A DNA stretch of 64,000 nt from Octopus sinensis (Eukaryota). This document shows, piece after piece, positions 1 to 11,940 of the stretch. Numbering within the stretch: the stretch's first letter is position 1; each line of letters begins with the position of its first letter. A program made the translations under genes and the position numbers. Where the stretch lies: positions 39,184,001 through 39,248,000 of the forward strand of contig NC_042998.1 of NCBI RefSeq assembly GCF_006345805.1, in the 5' to 3' direction. Under the pieces are notes generated by a model, which was not told the DNA's origin, did not search any database, and saw nothing but the letters and a program-made list of their open reading frames with translations.

Positions 1-353
1 AGTTTTCGATAAATTATATTTTTGGGTAGGTGAAGCTATGTAAATGGTAATTGAGTGTGGTGTAAGCAGACTGAGGAAGTGGTTGTGTGGGAATCGGGGA
101 TAGGGGAGAAAAGAAAGAAAGTATGAGCTTGAAAAGTGTGGGTTAATTTTAATCAATGTTGGCATTGTTATGGTGAGATTTATTTTGGTTTGATAGATAA
201 AGTTTAGATATTGTTTAGGGTGCAGCCAAGCGTAAAAGTAAAGAAGTAAAGAAATGTGTGAAATTCAGGTCACATCTTTCTTTGTGCAGAAAGTTATTTT
301 GTTGTTTTGGAGTTCACAAAAGAATGCTTGTAGATAAATCATATATATATATA

Positions 354-661
354 CTGGCACGTGAAAAACAACATTCAAGCAAGGGTGTTGCCAGTGCCAC
401 CGGACTGGTTCCTCTGCAGGTGACACCTAAAAAACACCATTTGAGTGTGGCCATTGCCAGTACCACCTGACTGGTCCTCGTGCCAGTGGCACGTAAAAGC
501 ACCCACTGCACTCTCAGAGTAGTTGGCGTTAGGAAGGGCATCCAGTTGTAAAAACTCTGCCAGATCAGATTGGAGTCTGGTGCAGCCATCTGGCTCACCA
601 GTCCCCAGTCAAACTGTCCAACCCATGCCAGCATGGAAAGCAGACGTTAAATGATGATGAT
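354..661 (+). mobile_element. 3' end of RTE-type LINE (non-autonomous/truncated copy)
   Basis: Matches 6385-6702 (GGCACGTAAAAGCACCCACT...CATGCCAGCATGGAAAGCAGACGTTAAATGATGATG), followed by (TA)n. Confidence 0.85.
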
Positions 662-664
662 ATC

Positions 665-697
<33 letters not shown>

Positions 698-2078
698 GTA
701 TGTATGTATCTATGCATGTATGTATATGCATGTATGTATATGTATGTATATATGCTGTGCAGTGCGATCAAATTGCAAAGAGAACTTCTCTCCTTAACCA
801 ATCAATGCATGCATGTGCATACACTTAGGTGCATGTATGTGTATTTCTTTATTCTTTTCTTTCACTGGTTTTAGTCAATTAAAATTGGTTAATTACACTC
901 CATTTCCTGATAAGGAACCAGTGGGAATTGGATTACGGCCATGTTAATGCCAAAACACCACCTCAGAAGTTTTAGTTGCTTAAATCAAATTGTATTTAGT
1001 CCGGATAGATTTTGTGAGGAAAAACGGCAAAACTAACTCAGATATAAAACAAAGTAACCAATTTGGAACTAAATAAGTCCCAGTGATTCAATGGTTTGTG
1101 GAAGTTAAATGCAGATTGCAGCTAGATATGAAAACGGATTTTCAATTTCAGCGCTACACAATACAATATAAATATTACACAACTAATGAACGAATATCAA
1201 CAAATAAAACTCGTTAAACAACATTTGATTCACTTTGTTTTTGTGACAATTTGTTCAAAACAAACCAATACAAATTATACTAAAATCAAATTTTCTATTG
1301 CAAAATGTACAAAATAAATGGCAACCGATATCTCTTATTATTTGAATTGATATACCTAATTTCAAATCTTCAAACAAGCCATCTTCTGTCAGAAGTTTCT
1401 TTAAGTAGTTTCTCCATACTGGTGGGTTGTTTGTGTTTTGGCCGAGGGACAAAGTGACTGAAACAGAAAAACAAAAACAAACAAATTTGCAAATATATAT
1501 CAATGCAATAATATTTTTTTTTACAATGCTCAATACATACATACATACACACATTCATACATACATACATGCATACATACACACACATACACACACGCAT
1601 ACATACATACACACATACACACATAAATAGACAGACAGGCACTCAGGTGCAGAGAAATAAAACCAAATTTCATTAGATTCAATTAGATGAGGATGTGTAT
1701 TAGATTGCACCTTAACCCTCACCCTAACCATAAATCTAATCTTAACTTTAAGCATCTCTACACCTGCCTTCTCTTCTTTCTGTAGAAAAAAAATGCTTGG
1801 GAGGGTCGTGCTTTCTTTCTCATACATTTCAGATTTGCTGTCTTACATCATCTACCTGTCCCCTTTGCTTCTTCCAATATATCTACAATTCATAAATGCC
1901 AGTCAATGTTTTCTCTAAATGGCCCGTGTTGTAGGCCTTCTTGCATCTTGGGTCTGAATTACTTCATACTTGTCAAATTCAACCTGGCTGCTTTGGTTGC
2001 CTAAACTATTCTAATTCTATCATTAGCATATATCACTATTTCTCATCAGGTTTTCGAAAGGTCAGCATTTCTTTAAAA

Positions 2079-2341
2079 CAGGGGTTCTCAGTCAAATTCC
2101 AGGTAACCCTTGCAGGGCCAGAAAAGATTTTGTTGTTAAAATTTATCTGCAATGAATCAGTTATATTTCTACAATATAAAAAACACTTTATTTTTTTTTT
2201 ATATACAATCCCTAATAATATTTAATTATAAAAAATGTGATAGGATTCTTTAAGCCTGGAAAGGTCCACTAGAGTAAAATAGGAAATGAAAAGGGTCCAA
2301 AAGGGTCACTAGGTGAAAAAAAAAATGGTTGAGAAACATTG
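2079..2341. mobile_element. hAT (Charlie-like) MITE
   Basis: Termini CAGGGGTTCTCA / TGAGAAACATTG (9/12 inverted match) with perfect 8-bp TSD CTTTAAAA at 2071-2078 and 2342-2349. Confidence 0.85.
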
Positions 2342-3334
2342 CTTTAAAAGAACATAAGTCTTCATCAGCTTTTGATCTGTGGAAGAGAAGTTGTCCATTT
2401 GCTACAAAATTCGAGATGAGATGATTTTATTTTCTTTGTTGGTATAAAAACATTTGATGAATCCAACTGCGAGCATTAGGTTGTTGTTTGAGATTAATTC
2501 AGATTTGTACTCTTTCCTGGATAAATTGTTAATGAAGTATAATTAGGCATATTTAGTAAAAAGCTGATTTAGTAAAAAACACTTGCAGAAGACATTGATT
2601 AAAATGTAATACAGATGAAAATAAAATTATCTAATAAGGTAACGAGTCATTATCATTGAAGAATGAAAAAAAGTCTAAAAATGTAGTCAATCAGTTCTAA
2701 GATTATATAAAGCATAACTTAAGCGAGAAGAAACTTACTCGAGAGACTTAGAGTCAGCAGCCAAAAGACTTTTCCAGACATGTTTATTCTGCAAAATAAG
2801 GACAAAAGAAAACATTGCAGAATGTGCTAGAAATAGAAACCAAAAAATATAATAGTATAATGTACATAGACATACACAGGAAGTCAATAATGAGAGATAT
2901 CATGGTAATATTCGTTCAGGAATATGGTCATCGACTTCCATTCATGTAACACTGCACACTATGCTTGTCTCTTTGGATGCAAAATTATCTTTTCATTAGG
3001 TTTAATTAGGCAGCAAAACTTTAAACAAACATCATTTGCAACCTTTGTTCAGTGAAACGCTTGAATAAATTTGCCAAACTCAAGATTTTAAAATTTCTAG
3101 ATACATATGCTCAAAATATATGCTGGTACTTCAAGAAATCCAGTACAGTTCTTTGCACAAATAAACTTATATGACTGCAAAACATGGATATATGACTGAC
3201 GATGCAGCCATCTTTACATATGTATCTATCTGCTTATACATACAGGACACAAATACATATGTATATATGTATGCATGTACATACAAATATATATATATAT
3301 TGGTATATATATCTATAAAGATATATTATGGGGT

Positions 3335-3374
<40 letters not shown>

Positions 3375-3378
<4 letters not shown>

Positions 3379-3670
3379 CCATGGGATTACATCTAGAAAG
3401 TTCTCCTCCAAAGTACAAGTCTGAGCAAGGTTGTTTATGGAAGACCTGTAGTTCCTCATGCATACCAGCCTCCCCTCTCCATACCACTGATGTAATCCAA
3501 GGTAAAGGCAAAGGGGCTGACACAGCTTAGCACCAGTGACGTCGCAACTTGTTTCTACAGCTGAGTTAACTGGAGCAACGCGAAATAAAGTGTCTTGCTC
3601 AAGAACACAACGTACAGCCCAGTCCGGGAATCAAACTCACTACCTCATGATTGTAAGCCCAATGAGCCAT
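3375..3670 (-). mobile_element. tRNA-derived SINE with CORE-like domain
   Basis: Minus strand has GAGTTTGATTCCC (B-box-like) and TGTGTTCTTGAGCAAGACACTTTATTTC, shared with 30588-30885. Confidence 0.7.
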
Positions 3671-3916
3671 GTAGCTTCACTCTGTATGTGTGTGTGTGTG
3701 TGTGTGTGTTTGAAAAAGTTAAACTAAAACACTCACACTCTAGAAAAACACTTCTTCCCAAAAATGGTTAGTAACATCCTTATGAAACATTTCATAACAT
3801 TTTTTATTTAAATATCATCTTTACACATCAAAAACTGTATTAAGTAATTCTCATAGGCTTTCAAATAGACATATACGCATACATATATATGTAGGTATGT
3901 ATGTATATATATATAC

Positions 3917-4205
3917 AACAATTGCAGCATGGAAGGTGTTTGTAAGCCATTTAAGAAACACACAAAAGCCGTTCGATTCACTTCAACATTTAAGTTTAAT
4001 TTGTCAAAATATTTTCGTCGCTAAAATCCGCGACCTGTTCACTGACAGTGAACAGGTGAACAGGTCGCGGATTTTGTCAGTGAACAGGTCGCGGATTTTA
4101 GCGACGAAAATATTTTGATAAATTAAACTTAAATGTTGAAGTGTATCGAACGGCTTTTGTGTGTTTCATAAATGGCTTACAAACACCTTCCACGCTGCAA
4201 TTGTT
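3917..4205. mobile_element. Foldback/palindromic MITE-like element
   Basis: About 120-bp near-perfect inverted arms AACAATTGCAGC... / ...GCTGCAATTGTT. Confidence 0.85.
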
Positions 4206-4284
4206 TTCGTTTCAGCACACGATCTCAGATCAAATTACTTGCTATGCGAGTACATCTCCGTAATATATATATATATATATATAT

Positions 4285-6700
4285 GAGACAGGTTTATTTA
4301 GCCAGAGGGGAAGCGGATAAGAAAAAATTTGCCAATGTTCTGAGCCGTGAGGATGAAAGACTTGAGGTATTTCGTGTTGCAAGACAGTGTGTGAGAGAGA
4401 ATCGTGATGTGGTAGGAGAGAAGTGTGTTCGCATGGATGATGGTTCACTTGCGCTAAATGAGAATGCAAAGAGAGAGGTTTAGAGATGCCACTATGAAAG
4501 GTTGCTGAATAAAGAAAATGAATGGGATAAAGAGAGTCTGCCGAATGTCAACCCAACAGAGGGACCAGCCATCCGAGTCGAAAATTCTTTGGTAGTTAAA
4601 GCAATTAGAAGCATGAAGACAGGGAAAGCCCCAGGCCCATCAGGAATTACTGCAGAGATGCTCAAAATATCTGGCAGTGTCGGCTATAACCTAGTCACCC
4701 GTATAGTCAACCAGGTGATACACGAAGGAGTCATACCCAATGACTGGTGTAGCAGCATACTAGTCAACTGCTACAAAGGTAAAGGTGATGCCCTAGATAC
4801 AAATAATTACAGAGGTATCAAGCTGTTGGATCAGGTAATGAAGGTTACAGAGAGGGTCATAGCCCAACTAATTAGAGAGAGAATTAGTTTAGATGAGATG
4901 CAGTTTGGGTTCATGCCAGGGCAAAGCACCACTGATGCTATATTCCTGGTAAGGCAGCTGCAGGAGAAATACCTAGCCAAAGATAAGCCCCTGTACCTGG
5001 CTTTCATTGACATGGAGAAAGCCTTTGATAGGGTCCCCCCATCCCTCATCTGGTGGTCAATGAGGAAACTAGGGATAGATGAATGGCTGGTGAGGGCTGT
5101 GCAAGCCATGTACAGAGATGCCGTAAGTAAGGTTAGGGTTGGCAACATGTACACAGAAGAATTCAAAGTAGAGGTTGGGGTCCACCAGGGTTCAGTACTC
5201 AGCCCCCTCCTATTTATCATAGTCCTCCAGGCAATTACAGAGGAATTCAAGACAGGTTGCCCCTGGGAGCTCCTCTATGCTGACGACCTTGCTCTAATTG
5301 CTGAGTCACTATCAGAACTGGAGGAGAAGTTCCAGGTGTGGAAGGAGGGTTTAGAATCGAGGGGCCTTAGAGTCAACCTAGCTAAAACCAAAGTACTAAT
5401 AAGTAGAAAGGTAGACAATCCACAAATGTCTTCAGGAAGATGGCCCTGCTCGATCTGTAGAAAAAGTGTAGGTAGAAACTCTATAAGATGTACCCAGTGT
5501 AAGCTATGGACACATAAGAGGTGCAGCAATGTCAAAGGTAGGCTAACTGGGAAGATAGTTTTTGTATGTGGCAGATGCTCGGGAGCATTGAGCTCCGAAA
5601 ATCTGCAGAAAACAACTTCCGTCACTTTCCAGGGGGAAAAACTAGAAGTAGTTGATAGCTTCCGTTATCTAGGTGACCAAGTCAGTAGTGGGGGTGGGTG
5701 CGCTGAAAGTGTAACTGCTAGAATAAGAATAGCCTGGGCAAAGTTTAGGGAGCTCTTACCTCTGCTGGTGACTAAAGGCCTCTCGCTCAGAGTAAAAGGC
5801 AGACTGTATGATGCATGTGTACGAACAGCCATGCTACATGGCAGTGAAACATGGGCCGTGACTGCTGAAGACATGCGTAAGCTCGTGAGGAATGAAGCCA
5901 GTATGCTCTGATGGATGTGTAATGTCAGTGTACTTACTCGACAGAGCATTAGTACTTTGAGAGAAATGTTGTACCTAAGAAGCATCAGTTGTGGTGTGCA
6001 AGAGAGACGATTGCGCTGGTATGGTCATGTGGCGAGAATGGATGAAGATAGGTGTGTGAGAAAGTGCCAATCCCTAGCAGTTGAGGGAACCCGTGGAAGA
6101 GGTAGACCCAGGAAAACCTGGGACGAGGTGGTGAAGCATGACCTTCGAACTTTAGGCCTCACTGAGGAAATGACCAGCGACCGGGACCTTTGGAAATATG
6201 CTGTACGTGAGAAGACCAGACAGGACAAGTGAGCCCACCCTACTTATGCATGCCTTTCCTCCCTTGGACACAAAGACCTGTTGAGGCAAGCGAAGTCGAT
6301 ATAGAACCTCATGCCAACCCCCTTTGCTTGCGAAGACATATTGGGGCAAGCGAAATCGAAATCGAAATCGAATTGAACCAGCCAGGTGGTACGTAAAAGC
6401 ACTATCCGACTCGTGGCCGATGCCAGCGCCGCCTCGACTGGCTTCTGTGCCGGTGGCACGTAAAATACACCAATCCGACCGTGGCCGTTGCCAGCCTCGC
6501 CTGGCACCTGTGCAGGTGGCACGTAAAAAGCACCCACTACACTCACGGAGTGGTTGGCGTTAGGAAGGGCATCCAGCTGTAGAAACATTGCCAGATAAGT
6601 CTGGAGCCTGGTGCAGCCTTCTGGTTTCCCAGATCCCCGGTCGAACTGTCCAACCCATGCTAGCATGGAGAACGGACGTTAAACGATGATGATGATGATG

Positions 6701-6702
<2 letters not shown>
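4285..6702 (+). mobile_element. 5'-truncated RTE-clade LINE
   Basis: RT ORF, 3' UTR with ~63-bp subrepeats, (GAT)n tail; (TA)n on both flanks. Confidence 0.93.
4502..6232 (+). pseudogene. RTE reverse transcriptase ORF2, interrupted by in-frame stops (4481-4483 upstream, 5909-5911)
   Basis: Motifs KAPGPSG, NYRGIKL, QFGFMPG, FIDMEKAFDRV, GVHQGSVLSPLLF, YADD, FRYLG, LHGSETW, RLRWYGHV, GRPRKTW. Confidence 0.93.
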
Positions 6703-6752
<50 letters not shown>

Positions 6753-6942
6753 ATATATGAATTAGCGATAAAACCACTATGATGCAACTCAATACTAAAT
6801 TGAATTTTTCCCTGTAAGTTTGGAGTTATACTCCCTAATATTATATATACATATATATATATATATAGTATGTGACCTCGTCTGTATCACTAGCGATTTT
6901 TTTTCCCCTGTCTTCCCTTCTCGGGATCTTTCTTTCTCCTAT

Positions 6943-6977
6943 GTTTCCGACGAAGAGCTCCGCTCGAAACGTCAAAC
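6943..6977 (+). ncRNA. Minimal type-I hammerhead ribozyme motif (Penelope-like), U4C variant
   Basis: GTTT-CCGACGA-A-GAGC(TCC)GCTC-GAA-ACGT-C-AAAC: stem I GTTT/AAAC, stem II GAGC/GCTC, palindromic stem III ACGT, GUC cleavage triplet. Confidence 0.65.
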
Positions 6978-7082
6978 CCTCCTAATCCCCTTCTTTCCTG
7001 AGCGTCCAATAATACTTTATTTGTTCCACGTCCTTGCATTGTTGTTTTTTTGTTTTTGTTTTCTTGTTTGGATTAACTTTAC

Positions 7083-7117
<35 letters not shown>

Positions 7118-7182
7118 AATGTATTTTATGTGTATATATATATGTGCATGTATATATATGCATATGTGTGTGTGTGTATGTG

Positions 7183-7220
<38 letters not shown>

Positions 7221-7769
7221 AAGCAAATAAGTAACAAGTATTTCAAGGATTTTAGTGCACTGTGGCCATTTCAAGTGGGTCCGTTTAATCAAAGAACGCA
7301 AGCATTCAAATGCGTTTCCAACATACAGGATACTCCATTATAATTTTTGAGTAAATACTTCATCAGAACTACAGAATAAAAGAACTACATGCTTGTTGCT
7401 ATTATTGTAGCAAAATTAACTTAAGGAGGGAGCTGCAGGCCTATAAACAGGTCCGGCAGATGGTGAGAAGGGGATCAACAATGGGTCTTCGCATTCCTGT
7501 GCGATCAGGAGACAAAAGAAGCCTCACACCCTCACGGTCAGCAGAGACCAGAGATGTTTACTATTACTGGTGATCAATGAGAGTGATGGCCTTGACCTCG
7601 AAAAGAACCAATTCACCTTGTTCTATTTTTAATTACTGATAGAAAAAATAATTATATATGTATATGTATGTATGTATGTGTGTGTGTATATAGGATAAAA
7701 ATTTTCGAAAAAATTTTTATCAATAGCCAGCATATTAAAAAAATACCTTTAAAGGTTAAATTTTATAAA

Positions 7770-7978
7770 CAACTTATAAACAAGGGCAAAAGAAAAAATT
7801 CAAATGCCAAATATGCCGAAATATAGACTTAATCGTCAATAACCATATAATTTATCACTATAAGCATATAATTTTCGAGACGCGTGCTTATAGTGATAAA
7901 TTATATGGTTATTGATGATCAAGTCTATATTTCGGCATATTTGGCATTGGAATTTTTTTTTTGCCCTTGTTTATAAGT

Positions 7979-7980
<2 letters not shown>
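7770..7980. mobile_element. Foldback MITE-like inverted repeat
   Basis: About 97-bp arms (7770-7866 / 7885-7980) with an 18-nt spacer, flanked by TA/TG microsatellite. Confidence 0.85.
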
Positions 7981-8025
<45 letters not shown>

Positions 8026-8374
8026 ATGATATTATATTTAATAATATATATATAATATTATTATTTGATTTGCCTAATAGTGGTTTTATCTCTAATTTAA
8101 TATAATATATATATATATATTATATATATATATATATTATATATTATATATTTACTGATGTTTACATCATTGAACTTTTGAATTTTTCTTTCCTTTTTAT
8201 AAATTTTGCTGGGGTTTACAGTTTTTGTAATTATGCAGTTTGTATATATTAACAGGTGTTTACTTCCTTAATTTTTATTGTGCATTTAATTGTGTTACTG
8301 CAATAAAAGGTATGTTTACACATTCAAGTAGTCAGGGAGAATAGAAAGGTAAAATTTTCACAGAAAATTGTAGA

Positions 8375-8790
8375 TATTATTATTATTATTATTTATTGTC
8401 TTTGCACAGCTTCTAACACTGGAGATGTACTACAGTGCCAGCTGTTCACTACCAATGAACTCAGGTAACATCCCTTATTTTTCAAGCACCATCCAGAGTA
8501 TTCAAGTGGTTCCAAACAGTGCTGTTTTCTACAAGTGCTCCACCCTTATTGCAGCCCCTATTTGTTCCGCGTACTATCAAGGTCTTTACTCACTGTTTCC
8601 AGGGCTCCGACAATTATTGGTACTACTACCAGCTTTTTCAGCAGCCACAACTGCTTAACCTCCCAAGCTAACCTGTCATATCTATTGACTTTTCTTTCTT
8701 CCTTATCGCATACCTTGTTGTCAGCTGGACATGCTAGATCTATGATCCAGCATTGTTTTCTTTTTTTCTCAATTAGTGTTTCTGTGTCTT
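8375..8790 (-). mobile_element. 3' fragment of a restriction-like-endonuclease (R4/Dong-type) non-LTR element
   Basis: IEKKRKQCWIIDLACPADNKV...VVPIIVGALETV, then frameshifted KTALFGT..IL; (TAA)n-like tail at about 8375-8395. Confidence 0.75.
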
Positions 8791-8832
8791 TGGCTGCTGT
8801 CAGCTCAGAGCAATTATCATCATCATCATCAT

Positions 8833-9717
8833 AAACCTGGGATGAAGTGGCGAAGCACAATCTTCGAACTTTAGGTCTCACTGAGGAAATGGCTAGAGAC
8901 AGAGACCTCTGGAAGTATGCTGTGCGCGAGAAGACCCGGCAGGACAAGACCATAACCCGTGGCCTTCTACATGGGATGTAGCCAGCCCACTTATGCATAC
9001 CTTCCCTTCTTGGGACACAAAACTCTACTTGTGAAGACCTGTTGAGGCAAGTGAGAATCAGAATCGAAATTGATCAATGGAAATTGCAGCCAAGTTACCA
9101 GTGCCGGTGGCACGTAAGAGAACCATCCGAATGTGGCCGTTGCCAGCGCCGCCCCGACTGGCCTCGGGCTGGTGGCACATAAAAAGCACCATCCGTTTGT
9201 GGCCATTGTCAGCGCCACCCAGACTGGCCTCGTCCCAGTGGCACGTAAAAAGCACCATCCGTTCGTGGCCGTTGCCAGCCTCGCCTGGCCCCCGTGCTGG
9301 TGGCACGTAAAAAGCACCATCCGTTCGTAGCCATCTGCCAGACTCGTCTGCACCACCATCTGTTCATGGCCATTGCCAGCGCCGCCCCGACTGGCCTCGT
9401 GCCGGTGGCACGTAAAAAGCACCATCCATTCGTGGCCATTGCCAGCCTCGCCTGGCCCCCGTGCCGGTGGCACGTAAAAAGCACCATCCGTCCATGGCCG
9501 TTTGCCAGCTCCGTCTGGCACCTGTGCGGGTGGCACATAAAAAGCACCCACTATACTCATGGAGTGGTTGGCGTCAGGAAGGGCATCCAGCCATAGAAAC
9601 ACTGCCAGATCAGACTGGGCCTGATGCAGCCTTCTGGCTTCACAGACCCCAGTTGGACCGTCCAACCCATGCTAGCATGGAAAGCGGACGCTAAATGATG
9701 ATGATGATGATGATGAT
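8833..9717 (+). mobile_element. Short 5'-truncated copy of the RTE LINE with expanded 3' UTR subrepeats
   Basis: Start matches the RT C-terminus at 6115-6230; 7 GGCACRTAA units; (GAT)n tail. Confidence 0.88.
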
Positions 9718-10221
9718 TATTATTATATGTTTGACTTTTACTTTGTATTTGTACAAGTTGACTCCAAGTCTCAGCCAGGGACCTCAACAGACAACAAGTT
9801 AGAAGTTCAAGTCGGTATTATGCCTAGGGTGTCAAATATTTAGTTTTGCACAAAGTATTGTTCTAGAGAATGTTTAAGAAAACATAAGAAAATTATGAGG
9901 CTTTTTTTTTTATTTGAGATTACATAAACAATATTTTATGTAGGTTATGGGCAATTCCCATGAGCCCTATCTTTTTAATTTTGGCCATTTTCGGGTTTCC
10001 TGGTATATGAGCTAGTTAGGAATCAGCCCCTTTTGCTATCATTCCGAGGGCACCCATGACAACAGGTATTGCTTTAGTCTTGAGGTTCCACATTTTGCCA
10101 ATTTCTATTTGAAGATCTTTATTATTCTGTTGTGTCTGCTTCAACACATGAACTCATATAAAGAATCTTGCAAACCAAATCCAAAAGCGAAATCTTTATT
10201 ATTGTTATTGTTATTATTATT

Positions 10222-10395
10222 AAGGCAACGAACTGGCAGAAATGTTAGCATGCTGGGCAAAGCGCTTAGCAGTATTTTGTCTGTCTTTATATTCAGAATT
10301 CAAATGCTGCCAGGGTTGACTTTGCCTTTCATCCTTTCAGGGCCAATAAATTAAGTACCAGTGGAACACTGGGGTCAATGTAATCAACTATTCTC
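10222..10395 (+). mobile_element. tRNA-derived SINE (Nin-domain-like family)
   Basis: CTGGCAGAAATGTTAGCA head and TTTGCCTTTCATCCTTTC...AATTAAGTACC, as in 30260-30491. Confidence 0.7.
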
Positions 10396-10996
10396 CTCCT
10401 TGCAAAATTTCAGGCCTTGTCCTTTAGTAGATAGAATTATTATTATTATTATTACTATTATTATTATTATTATTATTATTGAGTGAGAGTGCAACGTAAG
10501 CCATCAAAGTGACTCTGGAGTACAAATATACATAGGCCAATATACCCATCATGACGATGCACATATCGTCAGCCATTAAGAGACATACTCGACTGGTTAT
10601 GGTCAAACAACTGACAAGCAAATCTATGATACTGAGTAGAATATTTTCTGGAGCCCATGTTTTATACCAAGACAAAGCAATGTACACGATAACAATTTCA
10701 ATCGTTAAGATCAGAAACCATGAGAACCACTGTCTGATACTGCATCAGGGTATTTTTATTATTATTATTATCATTACTATTATTATTATTATTATTATCA
10801 TCATTACCAATGACAAATTAAGTCCGGTGAATAAATTATTTTTAACTATGAATCGATTCATTCATTTGTTTACTTCAAAGGCATACATATTTCTTTTGCA
10901 TCTGTTCACCTGATACACACACAAACCATTACAGTCCAATGGTGGTTGTTTTGTAACAGGTTTTTAGCTGTACAAAGCCTTGTATATATAATCTTT

Positions 10997-11110
10997 CTAT
11001 GTCAGATTTTGGGTGGTGCATATTATTGCAGTAAAGGCTTTGTTAATTGTCAGGAGACAAGTTATTGGTCTGTGATTTTGTGGGTTTGCTGTTTCAGTGG
11101 ATTTGGGAAT
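10997..11110 (-). mobile_element. Non-LTR RT N-terminal fragment (R4-like)
   Basis: TLIPKSTETANPQNHRPITCLLTINKAFTAII resembles the LIPK...NYRPITCL RT motif. Confidence 0.6.
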
Positions 11111-11209
11111 TAGGGTACCCAAACATGGTGTTTGGGTACAGAGATGGACTGATGTTGATTGAATCATAATGTGGCGAGTGTGTTTACACGTGCTGTACAA
11201 GCAATGCTA

Positions 11210-11705
11210 AATTTGTAGAGTTCAATGAGGACATCGTGCAAAAACTGATGAAACAAAATCCCATTGTAATTGTTCAGAAACTAGAAGAGAAGCTTGAATT
11301 TCATCAGTTAACCATTCATCGACATCTGTGTGCCATCGGAAAAGTCAGAAAATTGGGTCAATGGGTTCCTCGAAAACTTTCCAAGTCTAATCGTGTGCAG
11401 AGAGTGAATATGTGCTCTCCTTTGCTGTCATGTCTCACGAATGAACCTTTTTTCGACCGAATAGTGACTGGTGACGAGAAATCGGTTCTCTATAAAAATG
11501 TCAAGTGCTGAAGACAGTGAACAGGGAAAGGAGAAACACTGGTAGTCTACAAAATCATTTGGACGGAAAAAATATGAATTCTGTAGACGAGGTCAAAACA
11601 GTTGTAGAGGAGTATTTTTCGTCATGGAAATGTGAATTTTGGAAGTCTACCAGAGAGATCGCAGAGCATTGAAGAAAATGAAAGAGAGTATATTTTAGAA
11701 TCTAA
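11210..11705 (+). mobile_element. Internally deleted mariner transposase relic
   Basis: GQWVPRKL (WVPHEL-like) and IVTGDEK; C-terminal HLDGKNMNSVDEVKTVVEEYF. Confidence 0.8.
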
Positions 11706-11743
11706 AATATAAGTAGAAATCCACAAAGTAAAAATTGATGCAT

Positions 11744-11940
11744 ACATTGTCACTTCCATTATAGCTTTGAAAAAAAGCTGTTAAAATCGAACTGCACTCT
11801 TCAAAACTTCCACTAAGAATAAGTACAATTACTATAAGAATAATTACTACACGTGGGTGTTTTGTCCATCATCCTTAAACAAACCTTATTCAGAGACCTT
11901 TTGAGCAGGATGGGTTACTCAACTTGTATTTCTCTACACG
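11744..11940. mobile_element. 197-bp retroposed insertion with 18-bp TSD
   Basis: AAGTAAAAATTGATGCAT directly repeated at 11726-11743 and 11941-11958. Confidence 0.6.
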
